From: Basidiobolus meristosporus CBS 931.73
Lineage: Eukaryota > Fungi > Basidiobolomycota
Length of the DNA stretch: 64,000 bases
Direction: 5' to 3'
Assembly: GCA_002104905.1 (NCBI GenBank)
Contig: MCFE01000203.1
Location: 66,708 to 130,707 of the forward strand
How positions within the stretch are numbered: the stretch's first letter is position 1; each line of letters begins with the position of its first letter. The translations under genes were made by a program, and so were the position numbers. Of the stretch, positions 12,594 to 25,398 are shown in pieces. Below the pieces are notes generated by a model. That model searched no databases. It saw only the letters and a list, made by a program, of their open reading frames with translations, and was not told the DNA's origin.

Positions 12594-13840
12594 CTAGCAT
12601 CGCTAAAGTAAATACCTTCAACTGAGACAGCTCATCCTACCATCCACTATTGTGGAAAATTTTGTAATAAAATCCAGCATAAATACCCTGATTCTCAGTA
12701 ACAGCAGGGAGGTCGTACCGAACTGTGGGGTGTATCATCAATATATGTGGCATCGAATTACCCTAATTTCACTCCCGTCCAGTTGCTTGGCCTATGGTCA
12801 CCTATTGCTGGAGATCAAGGACCATATTGTTACTCTGAATACCAGCCAGGTTAACAGAATTGGCTTGTACTCGGCATGCAGACCTGTGACCCATTTTGCT
12901 TACCTAATTGGTATTGAGCATAGCCCCGTACGAAGCTCGGATCTGAAGACGAACCAAATCGAGAGAGTTTGGAACCTTCCCGTATGAGACTGGTCGATTG
13001 ATGGTGGTAGTTATGGATGCCAATGTTTGGCTCAAAAAAGCTACGGAATCAGAGACGAGAGAGGTTACATCTGAGACTCAGGTTCTACATTCGATTGATA
13101 GCGAAGGCACGCCAGCAGGTAAACGATCCAAGATGCCCTGTTCCACAATCAAGCCAAGAAAGAATATTATGTCAGAGAGTCAAAGGCATGTTTTCATTAA
13201 TGATCTCCCCAAATTGGCGAAACCGTGCGAGTGTTGGGCACGCTAGCTCGGTAATTGACAGTACGTACATCAGATAGGACGGTCAGTCGGTAACATAATT
13301 CAACCGCCTTATTCAGTTTACATATTTTCTGATGTGCCATATCCATTCCCATTTGCTTAGCGAAAAAACGCTGAACAGACCAGGGAATTGAAGTAAACCA
13401 TCACGATTCTGTATTGCCTACCAAACCCACTTGTCCATTGTTGTGCCACGCAAGGTGTTCATCCTAAATGAGATGATGTTACTGATGTGCCTGCAGAGTA
13501 TCATCAGTCGACGAAAACTCTAATGACCGGATTCCCAGTGATAGACTGGGGATGGGAATGGCAGCCCGGTAGCTGGTTACACCAGCTCCGATTTGGTCAT
13601 TTCAAGAAGCAATCACAAGAGTGATGATGAATATTTGAGTGTGCGAACGGAGTACGAAACCGCATCTGTGGGCAAGAACTGATTCATCATATCAAGAAAA
13701 TCCTCTTCGTCCAGAGAAACCACATTCATGCGAACATTCCCAGCATCCAGCTTGTATCGAGCTTATAGAACCTCGCTAGTATAAATACATACATCTGAGG
13801 ATCAGCAGCAGCATTCCCCTCCTATCACATTCATCATATC

Positions 13841-15313
13841 ATGAAGTCCTCGACCGCCTTCTTTGCTCTGGCCTCCTCTATCCTGGCTGTGAACGCTTGC
13901 GATTCCGAGTGGCTCCAACGTAAGATCACCCTCCAGGGGCTTCTGAGACACACCAACAACTTCCAGAAGTTCGCCAATGCCCACAACCACACCCGCGTGT
14001 TCGGCAGTGAAGGCCATCAGAAGACCGTCGACTACATCCATGGGATTGTCAAGAACGCGGGATACGATGTAACCATCCAGGAGTTCACTGCTCCTTATTC
14101 CGAAACATTGGCACAGAAGCTTTCCGTGAACGGAAAGGAGTACGATATCCAGGCAATGACCCTGACTGCCTCCACACCTGAAGGCGGATTGACCGCTCCA
14201 CTTGTTCTTGTCCCCGATGTCGCCGGTGAGAAGGGCTCGGCTGGATGTGAAGATGGAGACTTCGCTGGACTTGATCTCAAAGGGAAGATTGCCTTGGTCG
14301 AAAGAGGCTCCTGCGCATTCAACAACAAATCCTTGAATGCCGGTAAGCTTGGCGCTGTTGCTACCATTGTGTACAACAACGCAGCTGGTGACCTGAAGGG
14401 AACCCTCGGTGCTGAGGATACTTCCAAGATCCCCACCGGTGGCATCAGTCAGGAATCCGGAAAGGCGTTGATCGAGCTGCTGAAGAAGGGTGAAGTCAAG
14501 GTAGCTTTGAATTTGGTGGAGTTCAGAGAGAATCGTTCCACCTACAACGTGATTGCCGAGACTAAGGGTGGAGATGCATCCAAGGTCGTCATGCTTGGCG
14601 CTCACTCCGACTCTGTCCAAGCTGGCCCTGGAATCAACGACAACGGGTCAGGAAGCGCAGCCCTTCTCGAACTAGCCTACCAGTTCCGCAACGTCAAGCC
14701 TAAGAACAAGGTTCGTTTCGCATGGTGGTCAGCCGAGGAGTTCGGACTCCTTGGATCGGAGTACTACGTCAGCAAATTGCAAAAGACCGGCATTGCCAAC
14801 ATCGCGGTGATGCTCAACTTCGATATGGTTGCTTCTCCAAACTACGTAATCCGTGTATATAACGGTGATGAAAGTGGACAGCCTGTGCCAGCTGGTTCCG
14901 AAGTCGTCACCAAATTGTTCGAGGATCACTTCAAGGCCAAGAAGATTTCATATGTGAGCGGTGTATTTCCCTTCAGTCGCTCAGATGTTGGACCTTTCGC
15001 AGCAGCTGGCATCCCATCGGGAGGTTTGGATACTGGCGCCGAGAAGCTGAAGACTGAGGAAGAAGCCAAACTGTTTGGTGGTAAGGCTGGCGAGCCATAT
15101 GACAAGTGCTATCACCTTGCTTGTGATACCACTGCCAACCTTGCCCACAAAGCATTCTTGATCAATGGCCGCGGTATCGCTCACGCAGTGGCAACCTACT
15201 CCCAAGATGTCTCCACCGTAGCAGCCGCTCGTGGTGGCCCAGCCAAGAAGACCAAGAGAGATGTAGCACCAGTTCATAATGGATCGGGTGGATGCTCCCT
15301 CCCCAAAGTGTAA
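13841..15313 (+). CDS. Secreted M28 PA-domain aminopeptidase, copy 2
   Basis: Tandem paralog of 11121-12593 with the same motifs; 490 aa; TATAAATA at 13780. Confidence 0.92.
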   Translation: MKSSTAFFALASSILAVNACDSEWLQRKITLQGLLRHTNNFQKFANAHNHTRVFGSEGHQKTVDYIHGIVKNAGYDVTIQEFTAPYSETLAQKLSVNGKEYDIQAMTLTASTPEGGLTAPLVLVPDVAGEKGSAGCEDGDFAGLDLKGKIALVERGSCAFNNKSLNAGKLGAVATIVYNNAAGDLKGTLGAEDTSKIPTGGISQESGKALIELLKKGEVKVALNLVEFRENRSTYNVIAETKGGDASKVVMLGAHSDSVQAGPGINDNGSGSAALLELAYQFRNVKPKNKVRFAWWSAEEFGLLGSEYYVSKLQKTGIANIAVMLNFDMVASPNYVIRVYNGDESGQPVPAGSEVVTKLFEDHFKAKKISYVSGVFPFSRSDVGPFAAAGIPSGGLDTGAEKLKTEEEAKLFGGKAGEPYDKCYHLACDTTANLAHKAFLINGRGIAHAVATYSQDVSTVAAARGGPAKKTKRDVAPVHNGSGGCSLPKV

Positions 15314-16149
15314 TGATGAAACTAAATATTGAATATTTTGATTAAATCTCTAATTATTGGCATAACGAAACGCCGGATATCACTGTTCAAGACTGTAGAA
15401 AGATTGAACAAATTGAACGGTTAACTTATTAGTGTTTCCTCGGTGGTATGGCTGCTTTGAATCCACAGATTAGCAGAAAGCAGGTTCGCAGCAGATTCTA
15501 ATGCTAGAATACTGAAGTAATGTTTCGTCTATAATATTCAAATGTTGGCTAATATCGCATATCACTCTACTTGTGATCACAGATCTTGCTGATCTGAGAC
15601 ATGTCGGATTTTGAATATCTGATTCCCACTTGGCATCGATCATATATTTGCATTGATCTCCGCTACTCTGGCTATATATATTGTTCCTTGCATGGAACCT
15701 AGCTTGTTTGTTGCGTGAGCACCACTACAGTCAATTCCGGATCTAAGAATCCAGCAGTAGCCATTGGCCATCCCTTGACTCAAGTGTTAACGAAGCTTAA
15801 GCCGCAAAAGGAAGGTACTGACTATCTGCAGATAGAATCTTGGCCTCGATCGAGTTGTTGGCTGTAGAGGCGAGAGATGATGCTATGACCTTTGCGGGAT
15901 CTATGGAGCATGTCAGATGAGCTTACGTATCATGGTTAGACTGGCATCGGCAGTTTCAGCAATGGCGATCGAGATCCTAGACTGAAAACAGCATTGTATA
16001 GCAACATTGTTTTGTACAATCCAATAAGAGCTCCCTTCCCAATCTGGTTACAAACCTTCTCATGTCTACGGGCGGGATCAGTCATCGCTCACTGCTCACT
16101 CCGCTATTAAAAACCCAGGCGATATACTTGTAATTTCCGAAATTGAAAG

Positions 16150-16380
16150 AATAGGGAATTGGTGCATTCAATCCCAAATCGACCAACGCCGAAAACTTTG
16201 GTGCCAAAGCTACCTCCAGTTGAAGACCTGAAGGGAACTTCGGCGATGAGGATACTTCCAAGATTCCCGCCGCCGGGGGGTTCGGGAAAGTCACTGATTG
16301 AGCTGCTCAAGAAGGACCAAGTAATGGAGCACCGTATAACACTTCGTAGCTGCGGTCGATTTTGAGAAAGGAATCGAACG
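16150..16380 (+). pseudogene. Highly decayed aminopeptidase relic (PA-domain fragment)
   Basis: gacctgaagggaacttcggcgatgaggatacttccaagattcccgcc...gagctgctcaagaagg aligns to 11670-11770. Confidence 0.7.
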
Positions 16381-17097
16381 ATTAATTTGTTGGTGATTCT
16401 TCTGTGACATGGAATTTGTTTCAATTCTATATAATCGGTGGATTAAAAGCGGCCATAAGGCAAATTTGTAGCATATTCGGAAGTGCTAAGCACATTAATA
16501 TCCAAGCACCAGTGACATCGCTCAAGTAATGTTTAGCTCGTGCCAAATGATGGTATTCAAAAGTTGATTAATACCACATATTCCTCTTCTTGTTCAAAGG
16601 GTGATCGTCCCTCGCATAGAATCCAGTGTGTCTTCGGTATGATCTCTACTGCGGTCAATATGATCAAATGATAACTCAGTGATAGGCATTGATAAATCAA
16701 GCCGCTTGGTGTAGTGGCGAGAGTTGGTGATGTGATAGGCACTTTACTTACGGGGGTCGATGGAGTGTATCAAGTGGGCTGTAAGTCACTTGTTTGGACT
16801 GGTATTAGTAGTTTCAACAATGGCAATCGAGATCCATGGCTGAAAGCAACATCACACAGACAATCTGCTCGATACAATCTATTTAATGAATATTCCCTTG
16901 CCAATCCGAATATAACCTTTCTTATGCCAAAGGGATCAATCGGCACTCACCCCACCACGGTCCAACTTTGAGATACACTAGTTGTTGTAATCTCTGTTGA
17001 GCTATATGCTCAACGCCTTTAAAGGATCATGTTGGTATAAATACCGACTTCTGAAGATCATCAGAGTATTCCTAACTTATCTCTGATCATATCCACA

Positions 17098-18075
17098 TCA
17101 GGAATTCCTCGACCGCCTTCCTTGCTCTGGCCTCCTCTATCCTGGCTGTGAACGCTTGCGATTCCGAGTGGCTCCAACGTAAGATCACCCTCCAGGGGCT
17201 TCTAAGACACACCAACAACTTCCGGAAGTTCGCCAATGCCCACAACCACACCCGCGTGTTCGGCAGTGAAGGTCATCAGAAGACCGTCGACTACATCCAT
17301 GGGATTGTCAAGAGCGTTGGGTATGACGTGACAATACAAGAATTCAAAAGACTCTATATTCGGTTTCTGGGAAGGAATATGCTATTGAAACTATGTGGCT
17401 AACCGCACCTACTCCGGATGGAGGATTAACTGCTCCACTTGTCTTGATCCCTGATATCGCTGATGATAAGGGCTCTGCTGGATGTGAGGATGGAGATTTT
17501 GCAGGCCTTGATCTCCAAGGGAAAATTGCATTGGTAGAACCGGGAGCTAGTGCATTCAATCTCAAATCCACCACCATCCGAAAAGTTTGGTGCTAAAGCA
17601 GTCATAGTATACAACAACATTCCAGAAACTTGAAAGGGAGACATGAAACCCGAGGTCACCTTCAACATCCCTGCCGGTGGCATCAGCCAGGAATCCTGAA
17701 ATGTATTGGTTGAGCTACTCAAGAAGGGTGAAGTCAAGGCAACCTCGAATTTGGCGGAGTTTCAGAGAGAATCGTTCCACTCACAACGTCATTGCTGAGA
17801 CTAAGGGTGGAGATACATCCAAGGTCGTCATGCTTGGCGCTCACTCCGAACTCTGTCCAAGCTGGCCCCGAAATCAATGATAACGGGCCAGGAAGCGCAG
17901 CCCTTCTCGAACTGGCCTACCAGTTCTGTAACGTCAAGCCTAAGAACAAGGTTCGTTTCGCATGGTGGTCAGCCGAGGATTTTGGACTCCTAAGATCGGA
18001 TCATTACGTCAGCAAATTGCAACATCGCGGTGATGCTCAACTTCGCCAAGCTACGTGATCCGTATTCACAACGGT
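17098..18075 (+). pseudogene. Aminopeptidase pseudogene, copy 3
   Basis: Start codon lost (caggaattcctcgacc versus atgaagtcctcgacc), many indels, truncated after the NFD region; TATA-like box kept at ~17035. Confidence 0.88.
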
Positions 18076-18616
18076 GATGATGGCGGCCGACCGATACCAG
18101 CCGGCTAGGATACTGAAGTGATGATTAGTTAGCGCAATACGATAGTATTCAACAGTTGGCTGATATCACATATTCCTCTTCTTGCCCAAACAGTAGTCAT
18201 TGATCTGAAACATGTCGGATTCTGAATATCGGATTCCCCTCAGCTTCAATCATGTATTTACATTGATCCCGCTACTCTTGCCACAGTGTAAGATCTACCA
18301 GAACACTGTCGCTTATTCCTGGCATAGAATCTAGTATATATTCGGTGTGATCTCCTCTACAGTCGAAAGCAGATTGAAAGATAATCCAGTGTTAGGAATT
18401 GGCCATTCTTCTGATGCCCCACGGTAGCAGCGGCACCAATCAACATCTGATAGTGAACAGGAATACGAAAGAAAGTTGTGACCAATACCTAAAACATCAA
18501 AGTTCTCAGCACTATCCTTATCATTTATTTGGGTATTATCACGTCTTATGAAGTATCCTGGGCCACACATGGCGGTCATAATAATGTATAGAATCATCAT
18601 AACAAAGCCGTGTCAT

Positions 18617-19562
18617 CTATTTGACCACGGGTGGTGGGTCGCGGTTCCATTTGTCATTAACGTGATTGGAGAACAATACCGAAATAAAGATGAGGCATAG
18701 GTGCGGCAACAGAAGTGCGAAGGACACAATATAAGCTATCTTCAGGGTCAGATAATTGAAGCGATAATATTTACCAAGACACCCTGGCAACAAGCTTCTC
18801 ATGTAACACTTGTTAGACACGGCAGGGTGATCGAGTGGCCCTTGGAACCCACAGCAATGCAGCTAGATGGACGTCAGTTAGAACATCGAATAGGATGGGT
18901 GAAATGCATTAAAGCCGCCTACATTGTTTTGGATGGTCAACTTTTCGTTGTAGCTGAAGGAACGCCACTGACTTCCCAACTTGGCTCGTAGGTTCCAAAG
19001 CTGGCGTTTGTACGCCAGGTATCCAACCGAAGCTGTCAACGCGAAGAGCGGCCACAGTGCCAGGGCACACATGGTCAGAACCTTCCGGTTGTTCATGATG
19101 ATCCCGTAGTAGGCCGCGAGACAATTACAGATCGTTAGAAGGCTGGTTATAGTGGTGATCACAAGTAGGTTCTTGTTTCCGGTTATGATGACTTCCGCTC
19201 GATGATACGCCTTGAACCATGTTAGCAAGGAACCTACAAGGGCGCCGATGGCGATGGAAAAGATCTTGGTCATCCAGAAATCACGTCAATCCCCGAAATT
19301 TGCAACATCCAACGCAGCAGCACCTTACCATTGAATAGCCCACAATTAGCATCCATTTACCCCTAGACCAAGTTGATAGACCCTGGTTGGGCGTGGAAAG
19401 GTATCTATCATTGGCACGGTTCACGGACTGCCCTCTTGATGCGTCAAGTCCATGAACATTCCCATTCAAACTCCTCCTGCTTATATCCAAGGCACTGGAG
19501 GAAGCGGTGATCAGGTTCTCCGACATTGATTCGGTCGTGTAGACACTGCTTCGATGCGCCAT
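18617..19562 (-). CDS. Fungal tetraspanin-family membrane protein, 3 exons
   Basis: Predicted splicing gives four hydrophobic segments with the extracellular LHCCGF motif followed by KCY..LLPGC. Confidence 0.75.
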
Positions 19563-20530
19563 TAGTCAACTATTTCCTGGATCAGCGGAAAAGAAAGAGT
19601 CTAAATGACGAAATGGTAAGTCGAGGGATAGATGGGAATTGGGTGTGGACGCAGTTGTTGGAGGCTGTCGCTTTTATTCACGACCCGCCGATGCTGGAAA
19701 TGTGAACATGCACCCACCTGCCGATCGGAACGAGTCTGAACAGACAATAGAGATTCGGTGGGGGAAGGATCCAATTGATAGGCGGCAAAGAATGATCACC
19801 CAACTTTGCTCACGCTGCGTCTGACAGGGTGGTGAGCCGACGTCGAAAGACTGGCACCAAGGATCAGTATTTATAAGTTTGATATATATATCCTCCGCCT
19901 ATAACCTAGGTTTGACGATGTTTGACTTCGTCTTAGCGAGTTACATGTCGGCAAATAATTTCCAATACAAGAGGTACATTGTTGGCCTCACGGTCGAGAG
20001 AGCATGTCCAGCATCAATACAATCGATGGAGATCCTTGCTAACTATCCACCAAAATCCCTGTCACAGAGATGGCCCTAGGAAATTAACATTGATGACAGA
20101 ACATGCGCATAATTCGGCCAATAGGCTTACTTCCGAAGAGATCCTTCCTAAAACATACTAGCGCGATCTCGTTTAAGTAGCTGGCTCTCACATGATGGTA
20201 TGTCGAGTTGAAAACCAAGGTGGTTGTCAAAGATGTCTACCCGGTACTGTTAATTGGCTCAAAGTCACATGATCTAACACCCCCATCCCGCTCCTCCCAT
20301 ATCACATGATCCCAGGAGGTTTAGCACTATGTGGTGAGACCAGATCAAGAGGGATCAGAGGGATAAAAAAAAAAGGAAAAAAAGGTGAGATTCCAGAAAG
20401 AGGCAATTGCGTATTGCGTTTTGATGAGAGCGTAAGCCAAGTTTTTTATGGGCGATCGGGGTGTATAAACTGATTCTATTTGACAAAACGACCTCTTTGT
20501 CGCACCTGCTTTCCCCTTTATTCTATTGCC

Positions 20531-22495
20531 ATGGCCGCTAAGAAGTTTGATAGATCTTCTTTGGAACAGCTCCTTAGTAAGAGATTCTTTTACACCCCCG
20601 CCTTCAGCATCTACGGCGGTGTCGCTGGTCTTTACGACTATGGACCAACCGGTTGTGCCCTTCAGGCCAACATCTTGAACACCTGGCGTAACCACTTCGT
20701 CCTTGAGGAGGATATGCTTGAACTCGACTGTACTATCATGACCCCTGCCGAGGTCCTTAAGACCTCCGGCCACGTTGAAAAATTCGCCGATTGGATGTGC
20801 AAAGATCCCAAGACCGGTGAAATCTTCAGAGCTGATCACTTGGTCGAAGGTGTCCTTGAGGGTAGATTGGAGGGTGACAAGCTCGCTAGAAGCGAACCTA
20901 TTGCCGCCGAAGCTGCTTGCCCTGAAGGTGCCAAGAAGAAAAAGGAAAAGAAGAAGAAGGGTGCCGTTGTTGCTGTCAAGTTGGAGGATAGCGTCAAGGC
21001 TGAATACGAACACATCTTGGCCCAGATTGATAACTACAGTGGCCCCGAGCTAGGTGAGCTCATGAAGAAGTACGACATCAAGTCCCCAGAAACTGGCAAC
21101 GATTTGACCGAGCCCGTTGAATTCAACCTTATGTTCGAAAGCAGCATTGGCCCCACCGGTCAACTCAAGGGTTACTTGCGTCCCGAAACTGCCCAAGGCC
21201 AATTCTTGAACTTCAAGCGTCTCCTTGAGTTCAACAACGACCGCATGCCATTCGCCTCTGCTCAAATTGGTAAATCCTTCAGAAACGAGATCTCCCCTAG
21301 ATCTGGTCTCCTTCGTGTGCGTGAGTTCACCATGGCTGAGATTGAGCACTATGTTGATCCCCTTAGCAAGAAGCACGCTCGTTTCGCCGAGGTGAAGGAT
21401 CAAGTTGTTCGCCTTCTTCCTGCCTCCGTCCAGCTTGAAGGCCGCACCGAGCTTTCAGAAATCACCATTGGCGAGGCTGTCGAAAAGAAGATCGTCGACA
21501 ACGAAACCTTGGGTTACTTCCTCGTTAGAATCTACCTCTTCCTCACCAAGATCGGTATCAACCCCGAAAGACTTCGTTTCAGACAACACATGTCCAACGA
21601 GATGGCTCACTACGCATGCGACTGTTGGGATGCCGAAATTGAGACCAGCTACGGCTGGATCGAATGTGTTGGCTGTGCCGATCGTTCTGCCTACGATTTG
21701 ACTGTTCACTCGGTCAAGACCAAGGAGAAGCTTGTTGTTCGTGAGGCCCTCCCCGAACCCCGCGTGATCGAAAAGCTCCAAGTCGAGATCAACAAGAAGG
21801 TCTTCGGCTCCAAGCTCAAGAGAGGAGCCAAGCCCGTTGAGGAGTACTTGACCGCCTTGGATGAAGCCGCTGCTCAAAAGCTCAAGGATGATATGGCCGC
21901 CAACGGTGGTAAGATCAACGTGACCGGTACTGACGGCAACGAGTACGAAGTTACCTCGGAGATGGTTTCCGTCGAGAAGGTTACCATCAAGGAACACGTT
22001 CGCGAGTACACCCCCAACGTCATCGAGCCCTCATTCGGTATTGGACGTATCATGTACTCCTTGATGGAGCACGCCTACTGGACTCGTGAGGGTGATGAGC
22101 AGAGATCTGTTCTCTCTTTCCCCATTGGTGTTGCTCCATTCAAGTGCTTGGTTCTCCCCATCAGTAACCAAGCAGAGTTCCAAAAGCCTCTTCAAAACTT
22201 GACTAGCAACTTGCGTCGTTTGGGCATCTCCTCCAAGATCGATGACTCCTCTGCTTCCATTGGCCGTCGTTATGCCCGTAACGATGAGTTGGGTACTCCA
22301 TATGCCATCACCGTTGATTTCCAAACCGTTGCCGATGGTACCGTTACCTTGAGAGAGCGTGACACCACCAAGCAAATCCGTGAGAAGGTCGAGGTCATTT
22401 TGGAACTTGTCAACCAACTTGTTGCGGAGAAGATCACCTGGGAGCAAGTCTTGGAGAAGCATCAAGTTTTCGTTCAACAAGAAGTTGCCAACTAA
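20531..22495 (+). CDS. GRS1: Glycyl-tRNA synthetase (eukaryotic alpha2 type), intronless
   Basis: GLYDYGPTGC, LRPETAQGQF, FRNEISPR, WIECVG, EPSFGIGR and anticodon domain IGRRYARNDELG. Confidence 0.97.
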   Translation: MAAKKFDRSSLEQLLSKRFFYTPAFSIYGGVAGLYDYGPTGCALQANILNTWRNHFVLEEDMLELDCTIMTPAEVLKTSGHVEKFADWMCKDPKTGEIFRADHLVEGVLEGRLEGDKLARSEPIAAEAACPEGAKKKKEKKKKGAVVAVKLEDSVKAEYEHILAQIDNYSGPELGELMKKYDIKSPETGNDLTEPVEFNLMFESSIGPTGQLKGYLRPETAQGQFLNFKRLLEFNNDRMPFASAQIGKSFRNEISPRSGLLRVREFTMAEIEHYVDPLSKKHARFAEVKDQVVRLLPASVQLEGRTELSEITIGEAVEKKIVDNETLGYFLVRIYLFLTKIGINPERLRFRQHMSNEMAHYACDCWDAEIETSYGWIECVGCADRSAYDLTVHSVKTKEKLVVREALPEPRVIEKLQVEINKKVFGSKLKRGAKPVEEYLTALDEAAAQKLKDDMAANGGKINVTGTDGNEYEVTSEMVSVEKVTIKEHVREYTPNVIEPSFGIGRIMYSLMEHAYWTREGDEQRSVLSFPIGVAPFKCLVLPISNQAEFQKPLQNLTSNLRRLGISSKIDDSSASIGRRYARNDELGTPYAITVDFQTVADGTVTLRERDTTKQIREKVEVILELVNQLVAEKITWEQVLEKHQVFVQQEVAN

Positions 22496-22928
22496 TCCCT
22501 TCCAATTTCAAACAACCCTTTCCGTGTCTAATTTATTGACTTTGGTTGATGATTGCGTGCACATGTTCTTGTTTTTACCTTCCCGCTCATTAACATTAAT
22601 GTAATTATTGGCTTGCTTCCCGAATCTCTCCCTTTTTGCCTTTACCTTCCACTTCATTTCATTTGTTGTAATGAGAAATAAATGAGAACTTGAACGTGTA
22701 GCTGCACATGGACTCGACAACCTGCTAGCATATGGTGTAGCCCACGCAACAACCAACTCGAAGACTATGTTTTCTTCCCACGCTCTGCATTGTTCGTGAG
22801 TCACCATCAACAGGTAGATGATTTGTAAGCTTATGTGACGTTTCATGAATCATTGAAGCATGAGTCCGACTATTTAAAGCCCTGTGGAGGTGGGTGGGTG
22901 TGCTGGACACAGTCATATCGCTTAGAAG

Positions 22929-24020
22929 ATGATAATCAAAAACCTTAAGAGTCTACCCATTTACACTGTGGATGCATTTGTTACTGAGGAAGGCCCGTTT
23001 TCTGGAAACCCTGCGGGCGTTTGCTTAATCCCTTACGGGACCAACCTTGAGGAGGAGAGGTTGCAGGTAGGTTCGATTTAGCTCACCTGATGAAAGCCCC
23101 TCCTGTTCACTCCTCTTTTAAGAAAATCGCTTTGGAGATGAACCTTTCGGAAACGGCATTCGTGCAGCCGCTTAAGGAGTCGGAAGGGTTTGATACCGGG
23201 AAGGAATTCAACCTGCGCTGGTTCACACCCACAGTAGAGATCGCACTTTGTGGACATGTAGGAATCACTCTCAACAAGAGTTTTGGCTTGGGGCTCTCTA
23301 ACCGAAGTGTTGTTGTTTTCACTTGGTAGGGAACTATCGCAACCGGGCATATCATTTTGAATGTTCTGAACAATCCTAGCAAAGAAATACAATTCCGTAC
23401 TATGAGCGGCTTACTCACTGCCAAGCGAACCGAGAATGAAGGTGAAATTGCCATCTCCCTTCCAGCAGGGGAATCTGTCGAAGTGTCCGATAGAGAGGAA
23501 TTGGTCCAGATGGCAGAGGCTTCGGGGATTCATGTGAACAACGAGAAGGTCCCCATCGAAAGTGTTCATTATTCAAGCAAGTCGAAGAAACTATTCGTTC
23601 ATGTAAAAGGAGGTCGCGCAGTTCTCGAGTCCATCAAGTTGAACATCAATGATGTAGTAGCCTACACTAACAAAATCGGCCTATCACATCAATCGTTTGT
23701 GATAACATCTGAAGATGAAGAATGTGACTTTGTATTGAGAGTTTTCTGTCCGTGGGTTGGAATCAATGAGGATCCGGTAAGGTGATCCTGAGCCCAAGAA
23801 TACCTCTGCAGATCACTAAGAATTGGTTTCCTAGGTTACTGGCTCTGCCCAATGCATATTAACCCCCTATTGGAGTAAGGTGCTAGGAAAAACCGAACTG
23901 ATGGCTCGCCAGTGCTCCGCTCGTGGAGGAATTTTGAGGACTCAGCTGGATAGTGAGAACAAACAAGTAGTCATCAGTGGAAATTCAGTGGTATTTTTGG
24001 AGGGAAAGTTCTATTACTGA
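22929..24020 (+). CDS. PhzF/PhzC-family isomerase, 4 exons
   Basis: VDAF..PFSGNPAGV, MNLSETAF, LCGHG, EDPVTGSA across predicted GT-AG introns. Confidence 0.88.
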
Positions 24021-24780
24021 TCTCGAGCAATAAACAATGCATTGTCCGCCCATCTTGAGCAACACCCATAATTTTCCATTATTTTGAGGAACATCGATAA
24101 TTCCAGAACATTTCGAGCAACATCTATATTTTCAGATCATCGCCATCAGACAAAATCCATTCTCCGACGTGGAAATCATGCTCCTCCCATAGATTTGTTT
24201 CGACCATAAGTATTGACGATGCGCATCCAAGTCTAATCGCCGTTTCATATAATGGTAAGCATTCATTCAGATTTCTTGTGGCTAGGAAAGGTTGATGTTG
24301 ATGAAAATTGACTTCTGACACCTCTTGTTTGAATGCCTGCTTCCCTTCACGGGAGGAATGTGGCATAATGCACTTACTTTTTTTTCTGAGTCAATCGATT
24401 GCCATGATTCTTCATTGCACTTTGCATGTTTCCTTTGCTAACCTAACTCTCTTTAGAATCTTGCCGGAGGATCATTTTATGAATAAACTATAATTAAACA
24501 TATTTTCTCGAAATCAACAATTATTTAAACCATGTTCAATTCGCAATTAAAAATGTGTCACAGTATTAACGTCGATTAAGTGAGCGATTTGGTGTTGCTT
24601 GGTCGTTCCCGTGGTGGCCAATGATGAGCCAAAAAATCAGTGCCGAAAATAACGATCACCAGATTTTGGGGATGGCACCCTACTTTTTGAAATTGTTAAA
24701 ATATGGAGCATTCTAGTATGGAACACTCTTTTACGCAAGTTTCGTGAATCTAACCGATCGCGGCAGATTTTTAGCACATC

Positions 24781-25398
24781 ATGAAGTAAGTGAATCCATA
24801 CTTCCATCAAGGCCATCCATTCCACGCACTTGATGTACACACTGACCGACAGTTAACCGTGCTTTTCCACTTGTCTCCCCAGAATTGAACTCTGCTCCTT
24901 CTCTGGCTACAAGATCTATCCTGGTCATGGTAGACTCTTTGTTCGTTCCGACAGCAAAGTACTTGGAGATTATGCTATTGTTGTCTGTTGCCGTGAATGA
25001 GGTTTACTTATTTCGCTGCTCATTAGGTCTTCCGTTTCGTGGATTCCAAGACCGAGTCTCTCTTCCAACAACGTATGAACCCTCGTAAGATCAGCTGGAC
25101 CGTTGTCTTCCGTCGTATGCACAAGAAGGGTATTACCGAGGAAGTTGCCAAGAAGAGAACCCGTCGTACCGTTAAGCACCAACGTGCCGTTGTTGGCGCT
25201 TCCTGGGAAGCTATTCGTGCCAAGCGTAACCAAAAGCCCGAGGTTCGTGCTGCTGCCCGTCAGGCTGCCATTCGCGATGCCAAGGATAAGAAGAAGGCCG
25301 AGCAAACCAAGAAGAAGGAGATTCGCGCTTCTCAACCCAAGATCTCTAAGCAACAAGCTAAGGGAGCCCGCCCTGTTGTTGCCGCCAAGAGCCGTTAA
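24781..25398 (+). CDS. RPL24: 60S ribosomal protein L24 (eL24), 3 exons
   Basis: ATGAA|gtaagt exon 1; spliced product [18 protein letters not shown]...[18 protein letters not shown]. Confidence 0.96.

Noticed and set aside
12652-13277. Three overlapping ORFs in the aminopeptidase spacer
   Set aside because: Short, overlapping, no domain signal
11223-15277. Long - strand ORFs over the aminopeptidases (and likewise over GRS1, NMA111 and the permease)
   Set aside because: Antisense shadows of codon-biased genes
18331-18600. 89-aa ORF downstream of the tetraspanin
   Set aside because: No motif and no convincing splice link to the tetraspanin
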